Positions 19,701 through 28,103 of a stretch of 64,000 bases of DNA are shown here, piece by piece. The DNA lies in the IMG/VR virus record IMGVR_UViG_3300011115_000844, positions 10,102 through 74,101 of that record; one strand, 5' to 3'. Source of the stretch: a virus. Made by a program: the position numbers and the translations under genes. The stretch's first letter is position 1. Each line of letters begins with the position of its first letter. The notes beneath the pieces were generated by a model. That model made no database searches. It was not told the origin of the DNA and was given only the letters and a program-made list of their open reading frames with translations.

Positions 19701-20557
19701 CATATTATATTGCATTCGCCATTTAGAATAGTCGAACAACCCGAAGCTGAACCTACAATACAATTGCAATTACCCGTACCAATTAGATTTAAAGTCCCAC
19801 TATTACCTATTAAATTACAAGCACCTCCTATTATTGTAGATTGCGTATCTAAAATGCAGTTACAAAAACCACCTACTATTGAAGAACAATAATCAGAAAT
19901 TGTATTAAATTCCCCACCTACAATTACTGATTTATCCGAATTTGGGCAAATTGTATTACATTGTCCACCACCGATAAAACTTCTATTGGAGCAGTTTTTA
20001 TTTTCTTGCCCACCACCAATAAAACTATACGAAGCCGAAATGGTATTACAATCACCACCTGCAACAACATTATTTCTTGTTGTAGTACAAATTAAATTAA
20101 GAGTACCACCACCAATAGATGAATAACAACCGTTTACACAATTACATTTTCCCGAAAATATACCACTAAAACCTCCATTATCAATGCAATGTAAATCCCC
20201 ACCACCTATAACACTTACGCAAGATTTATTTGAATTACTACACCCACTTAATATTGATGAATAAACACAACAAGAAATATTATTAGAGCCACTCAAAGCA
20301 CTACTACAATCAGCCAAAGCACAATTCGTTACGCCACATCTAATTGTAGAATTAGCACCATCTCCTAAAATCATTATACTTGGCTTCGCAGTAGCACATA
20401 TACAAATTGTACCTGCCGTATTAATTGGTGAACCCCCTAATACCGTAATTCCATCACAACCACAAATAGCAACAGAGGTGACAGTACCCGTACCACCACC
20501 TCCTCCCGAAGATTCCCCTCCAAAGAAACCCATACCTGCTGAACCAAAATCTGCCAT
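16769..20557 (-). CDS. long Cys-rich beta-helical fibre with C-terminal peptidase S74 intramolecular chaperone
   Basis: SxILNGxxN repeats; TSDSRLK...GFVAQD...LVKSIQEL. Confidence 0.88.
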   Translation of the reverse strand: MADFGSAGMGFFGGESSGGGGGTGTVTSVAICGCDGITVLGGSPINTAGTICICATAKPSIMILGDGANSTIRCGVTNCALADCSSALSGSNNISCCVYSSILSGCSNSNKSCVSVIGGGDLHCIDNGGFSGIFSGKCNCVNGCYSSIGGGTLNLICTTTRNNVVAGGDCNTISASYSFIGGGQENKNCSNRSFIGGGQCNTICPNSDKSVIVGGEFNTISDYCSSIVGGFCNCILDTQSTIIGGACNLIGNSGTLNLIGTGNCNCIVGSASGCSTILNGECNIICSASGYKSTIINGFCNTISNYRSIILDGVRNTNSGYYSIIGNGSCNSNSGYNSAILNGFCNCVSATIGKSTILNGVCNLVNCGVHHIILNGTCNCICGCCYNTIINGQTNCVDGCDNIVTNGRNHCILGANTLRSSITGGDSNIICDGCNNSISNGQSNCITSFGFGNGFNSILNGLSSFACGEYHTILNGYQNCICSCSGTILNGENNYINGTRGFIGVGKDNCVFGSTNTIISGSTNCIDNVSSVNNFIGNGDTNKVSSLTFGSILNGCKNCINDTTTQYNTILNGADNVDNGSYNNIMSGCANLIANSTCSSTVIGEQNCICVNGCFNNVWGCNNKITDSFNSYTQINGYNNTISSYCTLVNQIFGLGNTISGAYTGINNIFGLTNSISGGYANYNTVIAYGNKLCCCNSSNFIDGKQNILLDCANNNFIKSDISCLFAKSAFNTILNSSSILVCGCCNFINNSCGLALSYNSNPVSNKNFISNVCSIAINDTNDSTIINSNYTGFYGYCDSSVINAKNNTLISSCTGQFATFSALHNVCESTINYNNFSSILNGYNNNINGDNITPALGSNNTILNGVCNSINCCNNSIVNGCCNKILSSNYSTISNGYNNGTDSTYSFMGNGLSNNMNVGSHHFIGAGRQNLIYGYEFNFVGNGCQNFTCSCAGTIINGCQNLVSINSNYSTIANGVQNCVSNEGFYAFIGGGHTNVSNGFRNCYNFLGTGCINTISGYYGSFHFIGTGSNNCIDTPTNSTILNGSYNYISSNYGQILNGGASNITQNCIFGSSIYGTILNGESNCILDSTPNSAILSGSNNCTCCCASLVLGGTGNFACGDYAGVFGCSIVNTVGCSFKSNFLVADNLTSGGVTLCSDTNGVIQQVTSDSRLKRDVCDLGCSYGLDAVMKMKPITYYWCDTQCQGSQRNIGFVAQDIMKILPETVRKTKSGFYSFDSNQVIPTLVKSIQELKSCFDLLKNK

Positions 20558-20568
20558 ATCTTAAAGTT

Positions 20569-20838
20569 TTAGAAACCTATTAGAACATCAACCTGCCCAC
20601 TACCATAAGTAATGGTTATGCCATCCAAAGGCGAAGCAGGTGACAAAGCACTTATATTAATGCCTTGACCTGCACTTAGCGTAACAGTAGAAGGAGTTAA
20701 ATTCTTAAAAGGCAAATTGCCCAATACCGTACAACTACCCGTTGACGCACCACTTTGAACTGACAAAAACATTACACCATCAAGTTGATTTATTTCTATT
20801 GAACCTGCTGATGTTAGTGTGTATGTAAATACTCTCAT
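20569..20838 (-). CDS. small all-beta protein (spike base/vertex candidate)
   Basis: Alternating hydrophobic pattern; directly upstream of the fibre genes. Confidence 0.5.
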   Translation of the reverse strand: MRVFTYTLTSAGSIEINQLDGVMFLSVQSGASTGSCTVLGNLPFKNLTPSTVTLSAGQGINISALSPASPLDGITITYGSGQVDVLIGF

Positions 20839-20848
20839 AATTTTAAAT

Positions 20849-21268
20849 TTATTCAGTTATTATATCTTGTGTATCAAATAATTCTTCTAATTCAATTTGC
20901 TTTACATGAGTAATGATGTTGTATAAATACATAATCATTTTGTTTTGCTCATTAAAAAAAAGAACCACGCTTACATCTTCTTTTTCAATTTTATGTTCTT
21001 CGCAAAATCTGTTTAATGCCCCCTTTATAAATTTCGGCACAAACAAACTATACCCTTTAAAATCAATCTTTGCCCTTAATACTTGCAAAAATGTAATCTC
21101 CTTGTGCTTAACCCAATTGTTATAAATAACGTACTTCACATCGTTATTATCTTCATCTAACTTAAAAACAAGTTGTAAATCTTGTTTCTTTGTTTTTAAC
21201 TCTTTTGCATTCTCTTCTAAACACTTAGAAGCAATACTTGTAAATTTTTCTAAAATGTAATCAATCAT
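20849..21268 (-). CDS. hypothetical protein
   Basis: 139-aa ORF in operon. Confidence 0.65.
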   Translation of the reverse strand: MIDYILEKFTSIASKCLEENAKELKTKKQDLQLVFKLDEDNNDVKYVIYNNWVKHKEITFLQVLRAKIDFKGYSLFVPKFIKGALNRFCEEHKIEKEDVSVVLFFNEQNKMIMYLYNIITHVKQIELEELFDTQDIITE

Positions 21269-21287
21269 TTTTAATAGTTTTTATTGT

Positions 21288-21788
21288 TTAAGTTGTTGGT
21301 GTTAATCCTTTGAGGTACTCTTTTAATGAAGTTTCATATTTTATTGGTAATGTAGTTGATACAAAACCACTTTTTATACTTGCAAACCCATCAATTTTAA
21401 ATCTAATGTCCTTATTTTTTGCAACATTCAAAGTAAAATCAATTAAATTTTTAAAAATAGCTTTCGGGTTTATTGATACAAAAATAGGTATAGAACTTGA
21501 ACCATGTGCAGGAATTATAAATTCTTTTTCCTCCATGATATAACCAACATTCTTACCCTCTAAATATAAATCCAAATATAGCTTTTGTACTTTTGCTTCT
21601 AAGTCTGCAACACTTGTAAATAAGAAAGTTACATCAATAGCCAATTCTTCAAAAGAAAACTTACGAATTTTAAACCCTTGAATTTTCCATGTGAATTTCG
21701 ATAGCAAATCTGCTTGTGTTTTGAAGTATTTATATAATCCAAAACCTAACAAAGACAAACCACCTACGGCTAATAATACTTTTTTCAT
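21288..21788 (-). CDS. TM-anchored LEA_2/WHy-like beta-sandwich protein
   Basis: N-terminal TM; LDLYLEGKNVG...IPAHGSSSIPIFV pattern. Confidence 0.7.
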   Translation of the reverse strand: MKKVLLAVGGLSLLGFGLYKYFKTQADLLSKFTWKIQGFKIRKFSFEELAIDVTFLFTSVADLEAKVQKLYLDLYLEGKNVGYIMEEKEFIIPAHGSSSIPIFVSINPKAIFKNLIDFTLNVAKNKDIRFKIDGFASIKSGFVSTTLPIKYETSLKEYLKGLTPTT

Positions 21789-22414
21789 TATCTCTTTTTT
21801 AATACAACTAATACCCCTAAAACCAATATTAAACCACCAACGCCATACATTATGTATTTAGTTGTCTTAGATGATTTATCATCACTTGCTGATGTAGGAG
21901 GTGTTGCAGTTGCCGATGTTAATAAATCAAGCGTTTCTTTCTTTGTTGCCTCTTCTTCTGCTTTTTTTCTTGTTTCTTCGCACTTAGCTTGTGACATTGC
22001 ATTTTTATATTGAATCTCCATTTTTTTCAATGGTTCTAAAATTCTTTTTTGTGCAACTTTATCACTTGCATTAATTTCTGATTCCGAAATTATAGTGTTT
22101 TGTAATTGCTCAAATCTTGATGCTAAATAACTGCAATCACTAATTTTTGTTGGGTCAAGTTTCCAAGTATCTTGAACTTTATTTGCTTCAAAATCTGCCC
22201 TCGCTTGTTTGTCCTTATTAGAAAGGGTAGAAAAATTAGTAATCCCTAATGCGTTTGTAAATGCAAAAGGTACAATTATATTTGTCCAATTAAACCCTTT
22301 CTTTTTTTTACCACTTGCATTACTATAATTATTATCATCAACGAAGCATTTGTTACCCAAACGGCTTTCAGTTAATGCACCCATTTCGCTTCCTTCAAGC
22401 ATATTTATTCCCAT
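21788..22414 (-). CDS. C-terminally anchored membrane protein
   Basis: YSNASG motif, Cys-bracketed helical hairpin, TM followed by KKR. Confidence 0.7.
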   Translation of the reverse strand: MGINMLEGSEMGALTESRLGNKCFVDDNNYSNASGKKKKGFNWTNIIVPFAFTNALGITNFSTLSNKDKQARADFEANKVQDTWKLDPTKISDCSYLASRFEQLQNTIISESEINASDKVAQKRILEPLKKMEIQYKNAMSQAKCEETRKKAEEEATKKETLDLLTSATATPPTSASDDKSSKTTKYIMYGVGGLILVLGVLVVLKKR

Positions 22415-22425
22415 AGTTGTAAATT

Positions 22426-22989
22426 TTAAAATCTATATTTAATATTAAGTTTACTTAATGCGTCATTTATTTTACTTATTTCTCCATTATTCAATTCATC
22501 CGAAACTGCCTTTGACAACGTTGCGTTTTCAACATTTCCCATACCCCATCCACATTGGTCATAGGTTCTTATTCCCCATGCCGTACTTAATTTTAAAAAA
22601 TCTAAATCGTTTTTGAATTTAGAAATAATCATTACCAATTTCTTACCACTATTGCTATAATTATTGTAATTCCAAATTGCAAGGAAGGGGGAGTACCAAT
22701 CAGAAATATTAAAGTCACAACCATCAAATTGTGATTGTAAAGCGTCAGCCCATGCTTTGTATTGACTATCTGAAAACGTTGGTCTTAATCCCGTAGTTTC
22801 TAAATCCTTAATTTCGTTTTTTTGTTCAACTACCGTTTCCATTGCTTTTTTTTCATCTCCTTCTTTTTTTAATCTTTTAATTAAAGTGTAACCAATATAA
22901 AAAGCAATGCCTATACCACTTATAACGACTACACCTCTTGCCCAAGTAGGTAAACCCGTATAAATTTCTAATGATTTTTTTTGTACCAT
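22426..22989 (-). CDS. N-terminal TM protein with helical domain
   Basis: TM at residues ~19-36. Confidence 0.7.
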   Translation of the reverse strand: MVQKKSLEIYTGLPTWARGVVVISGIGIAFYIGYTLIKRLKKEGDEKKAMETVVEQKNEIKDLETTGLRPTFSDSQYKAWADALQSQFDGCDFNISDWYSPFLAIWNYNNYSNSGKKLVMIISKFKNDLDFLKLSTAWGIRTYDQCGWGMGNVENATLSKAVSDELNNGEISKINDALSKLNIKYRF

Positions 22990-23010
22990 GATGTTTTATT
23001 TTTATTATGC

Positions 23011-23265
23011 TTAAATTATTTTACCCGTACCAATCGAAAATGTTTTTCCACCAAACTCAAATGTTGGTAAATCTTTTCTTATTGCCATTGCCCATGCTTT
23101 TATGTAATCTTGATTCCAATCTTTTAAATAAAATGATGGGACTTTCTTCGTTACTTTTGATATAGTACGAGCATAGGAATATTTAGAAATCTTTAAATAA
23201 TAAAAACCATATCCTAAAGCTAATACAACGCCAACAACTATTGCACCTTTTGTATTCTTATTCAT
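23011..23265 (-). CDS. N-terminal TM protein
   Basis: Hydrophobic N-terminus. Confidence 0.65.
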   Translation of the reverse strand: MNKNTKGAIVVGVVLALGYGFYYLKISKYSYARTISKVTKKVPSFYLKDWNQDYIKAWAMAIRKDLPTFEFGGKTFSIGTGKII

Positions 23266-24040
23266 AAACTATATAGTTATTCTTTTCGAAATTGTCAATA
23301 AACGCTTTTATTTTATCGTATCTAACTTTATTCATTTCAGTTGGCGTACTTATAAATGTTTTCAAATACGCTTCGTGTCCTTCAAATCTTGGATAACCTA
23401 AACCTAAGTATATCAATAACCCATTCAAATCTGCTTCGCTTTCATTATCAATATCTTTGTTCACATAAAAGTGGCTATACTCATGTAGTAATATTGCCAT
23501 TCTCATTGCCACCGTATCGGGTGTAAATTTCTTTTGACTTACTTGTATAACGCCATTATCCTTGTTAATTCTTGCAGGTGTTTGTAACTCCTTACCCGAT
23601 TTGCTACTAATAATAGTAGGCAAATATTCTATTCTAAATTTCCCATCAGATGACTTGTATGTACCCGAAGATAAAACCCCTGCGTTAAAACAAAATTTTG
23701 TGCAAAAATTTATAAAACTTCTTAAATCATTATTGCTAAAATCAACAACATCTAATCTTTTTTCTAATGGAATTTTTTTAATCTCTACCACTTCAAAGCT
23801 ATTATCTTCTTTGTGTTGACCTACTTTCTCATTGTAAAGATTGATTAAAGAAATTTTACCACTTATAGGCATACGGACATAAAACGAACACTCACCATTA
23901 ACAGTTTTCCATCTATCCGTAAAAACAGTATTTTTTTGGTCAGCATCGCTAACCTTCAAATGTATTTTTTCGGGTTTATCAGTTTTTACTTTGATTAACA
24001 AAGTAAACTCTTCATATCGTGTTGGTAATCTGTATATCAT
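23258..24040 (-). CDS. zincin-like metalloprotease (candidate maturation protease)
   Basis: AILLHEYSH (HEXXH) with downstream ESEAD, located inside the virion membrane-protein cluster. Confidence 0.75.
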   Translation of the reverse strand: MIYRLPTRYEEFTLLIKVKTDKPEKIHLKVSDADQKNTVFTDRWKTVNGECSFYVRMPISGKISLINLYNEKVGQHKEDNSFEVVEIKKIPLEKRLDVVDFSNNDLRSFINFCTKFCFNAGVLSSGTYKSSDGKFRIEYLPTIISSKSGKELQTPARINKDNGVIQVSQKKFTPDTVAMRMAILLHEYSHFYVNKDIDNESEADLNGLLIYLGLGYPRFEGHEAYLKTFISTPTEMNKVRYDKIKAFIDNFEKNNYIVYE

Positions 24041-24288
24041 TAAAATTCTCTTTTTACTACCACCATTGGAGGTGCTACCGTACTAAATTTAGATGCGTTG
24101 TAATCCTTAACCATGTCATCGGGAAACAAACCACCATTACGCTTTGTTTTGTTTAAATCCAATACAATAGTTTTAGGTTCTTCCTTTTCCATTGGTGGAT
24201 TGATATCAATTACTTTAATTGGCTTTTTAACCAACCAATATGCAATGAAACCCACCCCTGCTACTAATAATAAATTTTCTAATTTCAT
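24040..24288 (-). CDS. N-terminal TM protein
   Basis: Hydrophobic residues ~6-20 followed by KK. Confidence 0.65.
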   Translation of the reverse strand: MKLENLLLVAGVGFIAYWLVKKPIKVIDINPPMEKEEPKTIVLDLNKTKRNGGLFPDDMVKDYNASKFSTVAPPMVVVKREF

Positions 24289-24290
24289 CT

Positions 24291-24584
24291 TTACTTATTT
24301 TTTTTATAAATTTTGTAACCAATAGCACCAACGATAATTACACCACCTAAAATTATAAGGTACTTATTAATTCCGAAAACAGTTTCATTACTTGTTTCGG
24401 TCTTATAACCACCTTTGGTTTGCATATCTTTTAAAGCATTTTGAATGTTACTGCTATCAACGGTTGGTTGTGGTATTTTTACGCCATCAAAACTTGCCAT
24501 CTTTTCATCTTCTCTAATTCGCCACTCTTTATAACTTAAAGTAGTGCCACTTTCTTTCCATAATTGATTCAAACTTTTTTCCAT
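24291..24584 (-). CDS. C-terminally anchored membrane protein
   Basis: TM followed by KKNK; ASFDG motif. Confidence 0.7.
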   Translation of the reverse strand: MEKSLNQLWKESGTTLSYKEWRIREDEKMASFDGVKIPQPTVDSSNIQNALKDMQTKGGYKTETSNETVFGINKYLIILGGVIIVGAIGYKIYKKNK

Positions 24585-24610
24585 GCTATAAAAATAATTA
24601 TATTTTTTAA

Positions 24611-24778
24611 CTATTCGTAAAATTTGCTTACAGAATTACCGATAAATATTCCTGCGATACCAAAACCGATTACATACAATGCAGTAGCACCGAAACCTTT
24701 ATTCTTTTTCATTGAATAAATAATGCCACTTAATACGCCTACACTACCTAATGTATTTGCTAATTTAGAATTTTGCAT
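24611..24778 (-). CDS. 55-aa two-TM protein (not in ORF track)
   Basis: MQNSKLANTLGSVGVLSGIIYSMKKNKGFGATALYVIGFGIAGIFIG... Confidence 0.65.
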   Translation of the reverse strand: MQNSKLANTLGSVGVLSGIIYSMKKNKGFGATALYVIGFGIAGIFIGNSVSKFYE

Positions 24779-24781
24779 AAC

Positions 24782-25009
24782 TTAACTATTTTTTGGACTG
24801 ATTAATTTAAAAATAAAGCCACCTGCTAAAGCACCTATTAAACCACCACCTATTAAACTCATTTGCCTTGAATGTGCTATGTATAAACCCAAAAATAAAC
24901 CTATTGCACTACCCGTCAAAGCACCTTCGCTTTGTTCAAGTAAAACCTTATTTCCACTTTTACTTTTATTCGATTTTATCTTATCAAGCATATCACTTCC
25001 GTAACTCAT
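24782..25009 (-). CDS. two-TM glycine-zipper protein
   Basis: GxxxG-rich hydrophobic helices. Confidence 0.65.
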   Translation of the reverse strand: MSYGSDMLDKIKSNKSKSGNKVLLEQSEGALTGSAIGLFLGLYIAHSRQMSLIGGGLIGALAGGFIFKLISPKNS

Positions 25010-25012
25010 AAA

Positions 25013-25414
25013 TTATTTTTTTCTAAAATAAAAAAATGCACCAACAACTAAAGCACCAACTATTATTAATTTAGTAGTTTTGCTCATGCCACTCGGTGTT
25101 GGTGGTGGAGTTGGGTTATTAGCTTCATCTAATTTTTTTGCTTCTGCTTCTAAATCTTTTTGTTCAAGTTCGGCTTTGGTTTGCTCGTTTTTTGCTTTTT
25201 GTTTATCGGCTTTGGCTTGTTCGTATTCAGCAGTTGCTTTCTCTACTTCACTTTGCGATTTGGCTTGTTCTAATTTAATTTTAGCCATTTTCATGTCATA
25301 CTCTGCTTGTGCCTCTGCTTGTTTCTTTTTAACATATTCTCTTGACCTTGTAACCCCCGACCATGTAGTTAAATTAGAATAAGAATAGTCATTTACAAAT
25401 GTTTTGTTTTCCAT
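25013..25414 (-). CDS. coiled-coil protein with C-terminal TM anchor
   Basis: E/K/A/Q-rich heptads, Pro linker, TM followed by RKK. Confidence 0.7.
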   Translation of the reverse strand: MENKTFVNDYSYSNLTTWSGVTRSREYVKKKQAEAQAEYDMKMAKIKLEQAKSQSEVEKATAEYEQAKADKQKAKNEQTKAELEQKDLEAEAKKLDEANNPTPPPTPSGMSKTTKLIIVGALVVGAFFYFRKK

Positions 25415-25418
25415 TTTT

Positions 25419-25655
25419 TTATTTTTTTTTCTTTAATAATACATAAGCAAGAATACCAACTACTAAAACGCCACCACCAATTAAAACGGGCATTAACCAC
25501 TTTTTTTTCTTAGGTTGTTCAGCAGGTGCATTAACATCATTTGACGTTGTAGCACCCGTTGTATCACCCGTAGGTTGCTCTAAACTTAATTTAGGGTTTA
25601 TACTACTTTGTCTTTGTGCTTCTTTTTGAATATTACCTATAAGACCTCTTGCCAT
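25419..25655 (-). CDS. C-terminally anchored membrane protein
   Basis: Likely start MARGL; tail nearly identical to that of the upstream gene. Confidence 0.7.
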   Translation of the reverse strand: MARGLIGNIQKEAQRQSSINPKLSLEQPTGDTTGATTSNDVNAPAEQPKKKKWLMPVLIGGGVLVVGILAYVLLKKKK

Positions 25656-25660
25656 AACAA

Positions 25661-26470
25661 TTATTTTTTCTTTTTCATCACGAAATAAATGATAGTACCT
25701 AATACCAATATACCACCACCAATTGCAACGGGCATAACCCATTTTTTCTTTTCTTTATCATCAGTAGGAGTAACTTGTGGCAATTTGCCTTGTGCTTCTA
25801 AAACCTTCGCTTGTGCTAAAGCACTATCAGTTTTTGCTTTTTCAAAATCAATAGCTTGTTGATTAGTACCTTTTTGTGCGTTAGCATTTAATCTTGTAGA
25901 AAGATAACCCATACCAACATTTAAGTAATTTTGGATGTTTTCTTGCGAAAATAAAGTAGATAAAACTTCACCTGCTTTTGTTTTTTCTTTACCCGTTCCA
26001 TTTGCAAAGTTTGAATTTAAACTTTCAATTTTAGAAAGTTTATTTCTTTTTAAATTTGGAATTGAACTTTGTGCAATTCTAATTAATGAACCATCTCTTT
26101 GATTTCTTGGCTTTGGTAATCCATCACCCGTAACTTCAGCAACTATATAATCTTGCAAATTTTGTCTAAATTTAGGACTATCTTGAATCGCTTTAAAAGT
26201 AGCATCAATAATAGATTTTTTTGAAGACAAAGGGGTTACAAATGAACCTTGTCTTTGCAACATTCTTACCAATGCAGGTTTGTCAGTTTCCGATATAACT
26301 GCAACTGCACTATTTATTGCAAATTGTGGGTCGGTAAACACCTCTTGTGTTTCAAAACTTGTTCTTTGACCTAAATTAAGTGTGTCACCACCATTTTGTA
26401 CTTGACTTGCTTTTTTTTGGTTAAGATAACCACTTGTTATTGCGTTTAAATTACCTTTACTAAACATCAT
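25661..26470 (-). CDS. C-terminally anchored membrane protein
   Basis: SNFANG motif; KKKWVMPVAIGGG-TM-KKKK tail. Confidence 0.7.
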   Translation of the reverse strand: MMFSKGNLNAITSGYLNQKKASQVQNGGDTLNLGQRTSFETQEVFTDPQFAINSAVAVISETDKPALVRMLQRQGSFVTPLSSKKSIIDATFKAIQDSPKFRQNLQDYIVAEVTGDGLPKPRNQRDGSLIRIAQSSIPNLKRNKLSKIESLNSNFANGTGKEKTKAGEVLSTLFSQENIQNYLNVGMGYLSTRLNANAQKGTNQQAIDFEKAKTDSALAQAKVLEAQGKLPQVTPTDDKEKKKWVMPVAIGGGILVLGTIIYFVMKKKK

Positions 26471-26483
26471 AATTTTTGTGTTT

Positions 26484-26876
26484 TTATTTTTTAACAATGA
26501 TTGCACTTGCTAATAATAAAGCAGATGCTATTATAATAATACCTATTTCTTTTGAAGAATTTTTGTTTTGGTTTTCGTTGCCAACAAAATTCATGTATTG
26601 CATATCATGATTACTTTTACAACCACAACCATTTGCATTACTAAAATTAGCTTCTTTTTTATTTTCAGAACTGTACTTCTCTATTAAAACATTTTTGTCG
26701 GGATGGCTATCCAAAACATCATTAAAAGCATTTTCGCCTTCATAAGCAACTACTTTTTTTAAGCAAATACCTAAATCGCCTTCATCTTTTACATTTTTAG
26801 CTGAATATCCGTATTTATGGATAATTGCTTTTGCTTGATAAGGGTTGCATGATGCAACGTAAGTGTATATATCCAT
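26484..26876 (-). CDS. C-terminally anchored membrane protein
   Basis: FSNANG and YMNFVG motifs, TM followed by KK. Confidence 0.7.
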   Translation of the reverse strand: MDIYTYVASCNPYQAKAIIHKYGYSAKNVKDEGDLGICLKKVVAYEGENAFNDVLDSHPDKNVLIEKYSSENKKEANFSNANGCGCKSNHDMQYMNFVGNENQNKNSSKEIGIIIIASALLLASAIIVKK

Positions 26877-26889
26877 GTTTTTTAAATTT

Positions 26890-26926
26890 AAAAAGGGGTA
26901 AGGGTTTTAAATCCCTACCCCTTTTT
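26890..26926 (-). terminator. intrinsic terminator downstream of the capsid candidate
   Basis: GGGGTAAGGG...CCCTACCCC hairpin flanked by A and T runs. Confidence 0.75.
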
Positions 26927-26949
26927 GTTTTGTATGTTGGGTTATAATA

Positions 26950-27738
26950 TTAACCTAAACGTGCCTTAACGGTATCGCCTCCGATTACTGCTACTGAACT
27001 CTTAACCACTTGTGGGTTAGTGAATTGACGTGAAGCAGAACGACCTGCAAGACCACGAGCAATGTTGATGTTATCAGCAGGGTAGAATTGGAATTGTACT
27101 ACTGCATTTGGTAACAAAGTAGAGATAGTTAATTTAGTGTAACCATCAATTCTGTACAATTGCTTAACTGCAACAACTGTTGTTTGTTGTTGATATGGGT
27201 CAATTGTGATTACCAACGTCTTTAATGCTTGATTACCATTAGCATCTTGTGTGTTCAAGGTGATAGGTTGAGTAATTTGAGCAGAAGAACCTCCCAAAGA
27301 TTGAATGTAAGTTAAACCTACACTAAATGGACTGTTCATTGATTGATACAAAAATTGTTGGTAAGTAACGTTACTGATACCACTTGATACAGTTACTTGA
27401 ATAGCCGTTCCCGTTGCTACTAAACTACCATTACTATATGTAGTTGTTGTAACGGGAGTTGAAGGCATTGAAGCGTTGTTGATATACTGATACGCACCTA
27501 ATACGTCAAAGTTAGAAATACTTGTATTAGAAGCATTTGAAACTGTAATGATGTAAGGTTGTGAAGTTGGTGCAGATTGCATTTGAGGTTGAGCCATTGG
27601 CATTCCACCATCAGCATTGAAGAAATCATCTCCACCCGTAAAGTACATTGAATCATCATCAATGAAACCATCTGCATTTAAGTAATTTTCGTTTGCGAAG
27701 TTTCTCGCATTTTCCATGTATTGTCTAATGTATGACAT
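26950..27738 (-). CDS. putative major capsid protein (jelly-roll-like, beta-rich)
   Basis: Downstream of the A32-like ATPase, own promoter and strong terminator, beta-rich core of about 160 aa, acidic N-terminal extension, paralogue at 5080. Fold is inferred, not demonstrated. Confidence 0.6.
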   Translation of the reverse strand: MSYIRQYMENARNFANENYLNADGFIDDDSMYFTGGDDFFNADGGMPMAQPQMQSAPTSQPYIITVSNASNTSISNFDVLGAYQYINNASMPSTPVTTTTYSNGSLVATGTAIQVTVSSGISNVTYQQFLYQSMNSPFSVGLTYIQSLGGSSAQITQPITLNTQDANGNQALKTLVITIDPYQQQTTVVAVKQLYRIDGYTKLTISTLLPNAVVQFQFYPADNINIARGLAGRSASRQFTNPQVVKSSVAVIGGDTVKARLG

Positions 27739-27772
27739 TTTGTTTAAATTTATATTTGAATAATTATTTTTC

Positions 27773-27889
27773 TTATTTTGTTGGAGCAGATACTTTTGCT
27801 TTGTTCATTTGCTCTTTAACTTTTAATGCTACAAGAACTCCTGCCGTTACAATTAGTAATTGAACTCCGATTGCTTTCCAATTTCCCAT
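27773..27889 (-). CDS. 38-aa membrane protein upstream of the capsid candidate (not in ORF track)
   Basis: MGNWKAIGVQLLIVTAGVLVALKVKEQMNKAKVSAPTK. Confidence 0.7.
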   Translation of the reverse strand: MGNWKAIGVQLLIVTAGVLVALKVKEQMNKAKVSAPTK

Positions 27890-27973
27890 TTTTTTAAATT
27901 TTAATTTTTTGATTAATGAATTTCTTTTTTGTATTTGTTTTATAAGCACGAGCCATTAAAAACATTTACACAC

Positions 27974-27981
27974 CAAATTTA
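27974..27981 (-). promoter_or_regulatory. -7 promoter element upstream of the capsid operon
   Basis: TAAATTTG on -. Confidence 0.45.
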
Positions 27982-28103
27982 TTAAGTAAAGCATTATGAT
28001 ATATTATTTCATTGAATATCAAGTCAACACGATATGGTTGATTATCAATTAAATAATCATTAATCCTATACGATTGTTCGTTGATGTTACAATGAATAAA
28101 AAA

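Noticed and set aside
13378-20557. Diversity-generating retroelement or stop-codon recoding as the source of the Cys-rich fibres
   Set aside because: No reverse transcriptase or template/variable repeat pair seen. The Cys are encoded by ordinary TGT/TGC codons and genes are intact in the standard code.
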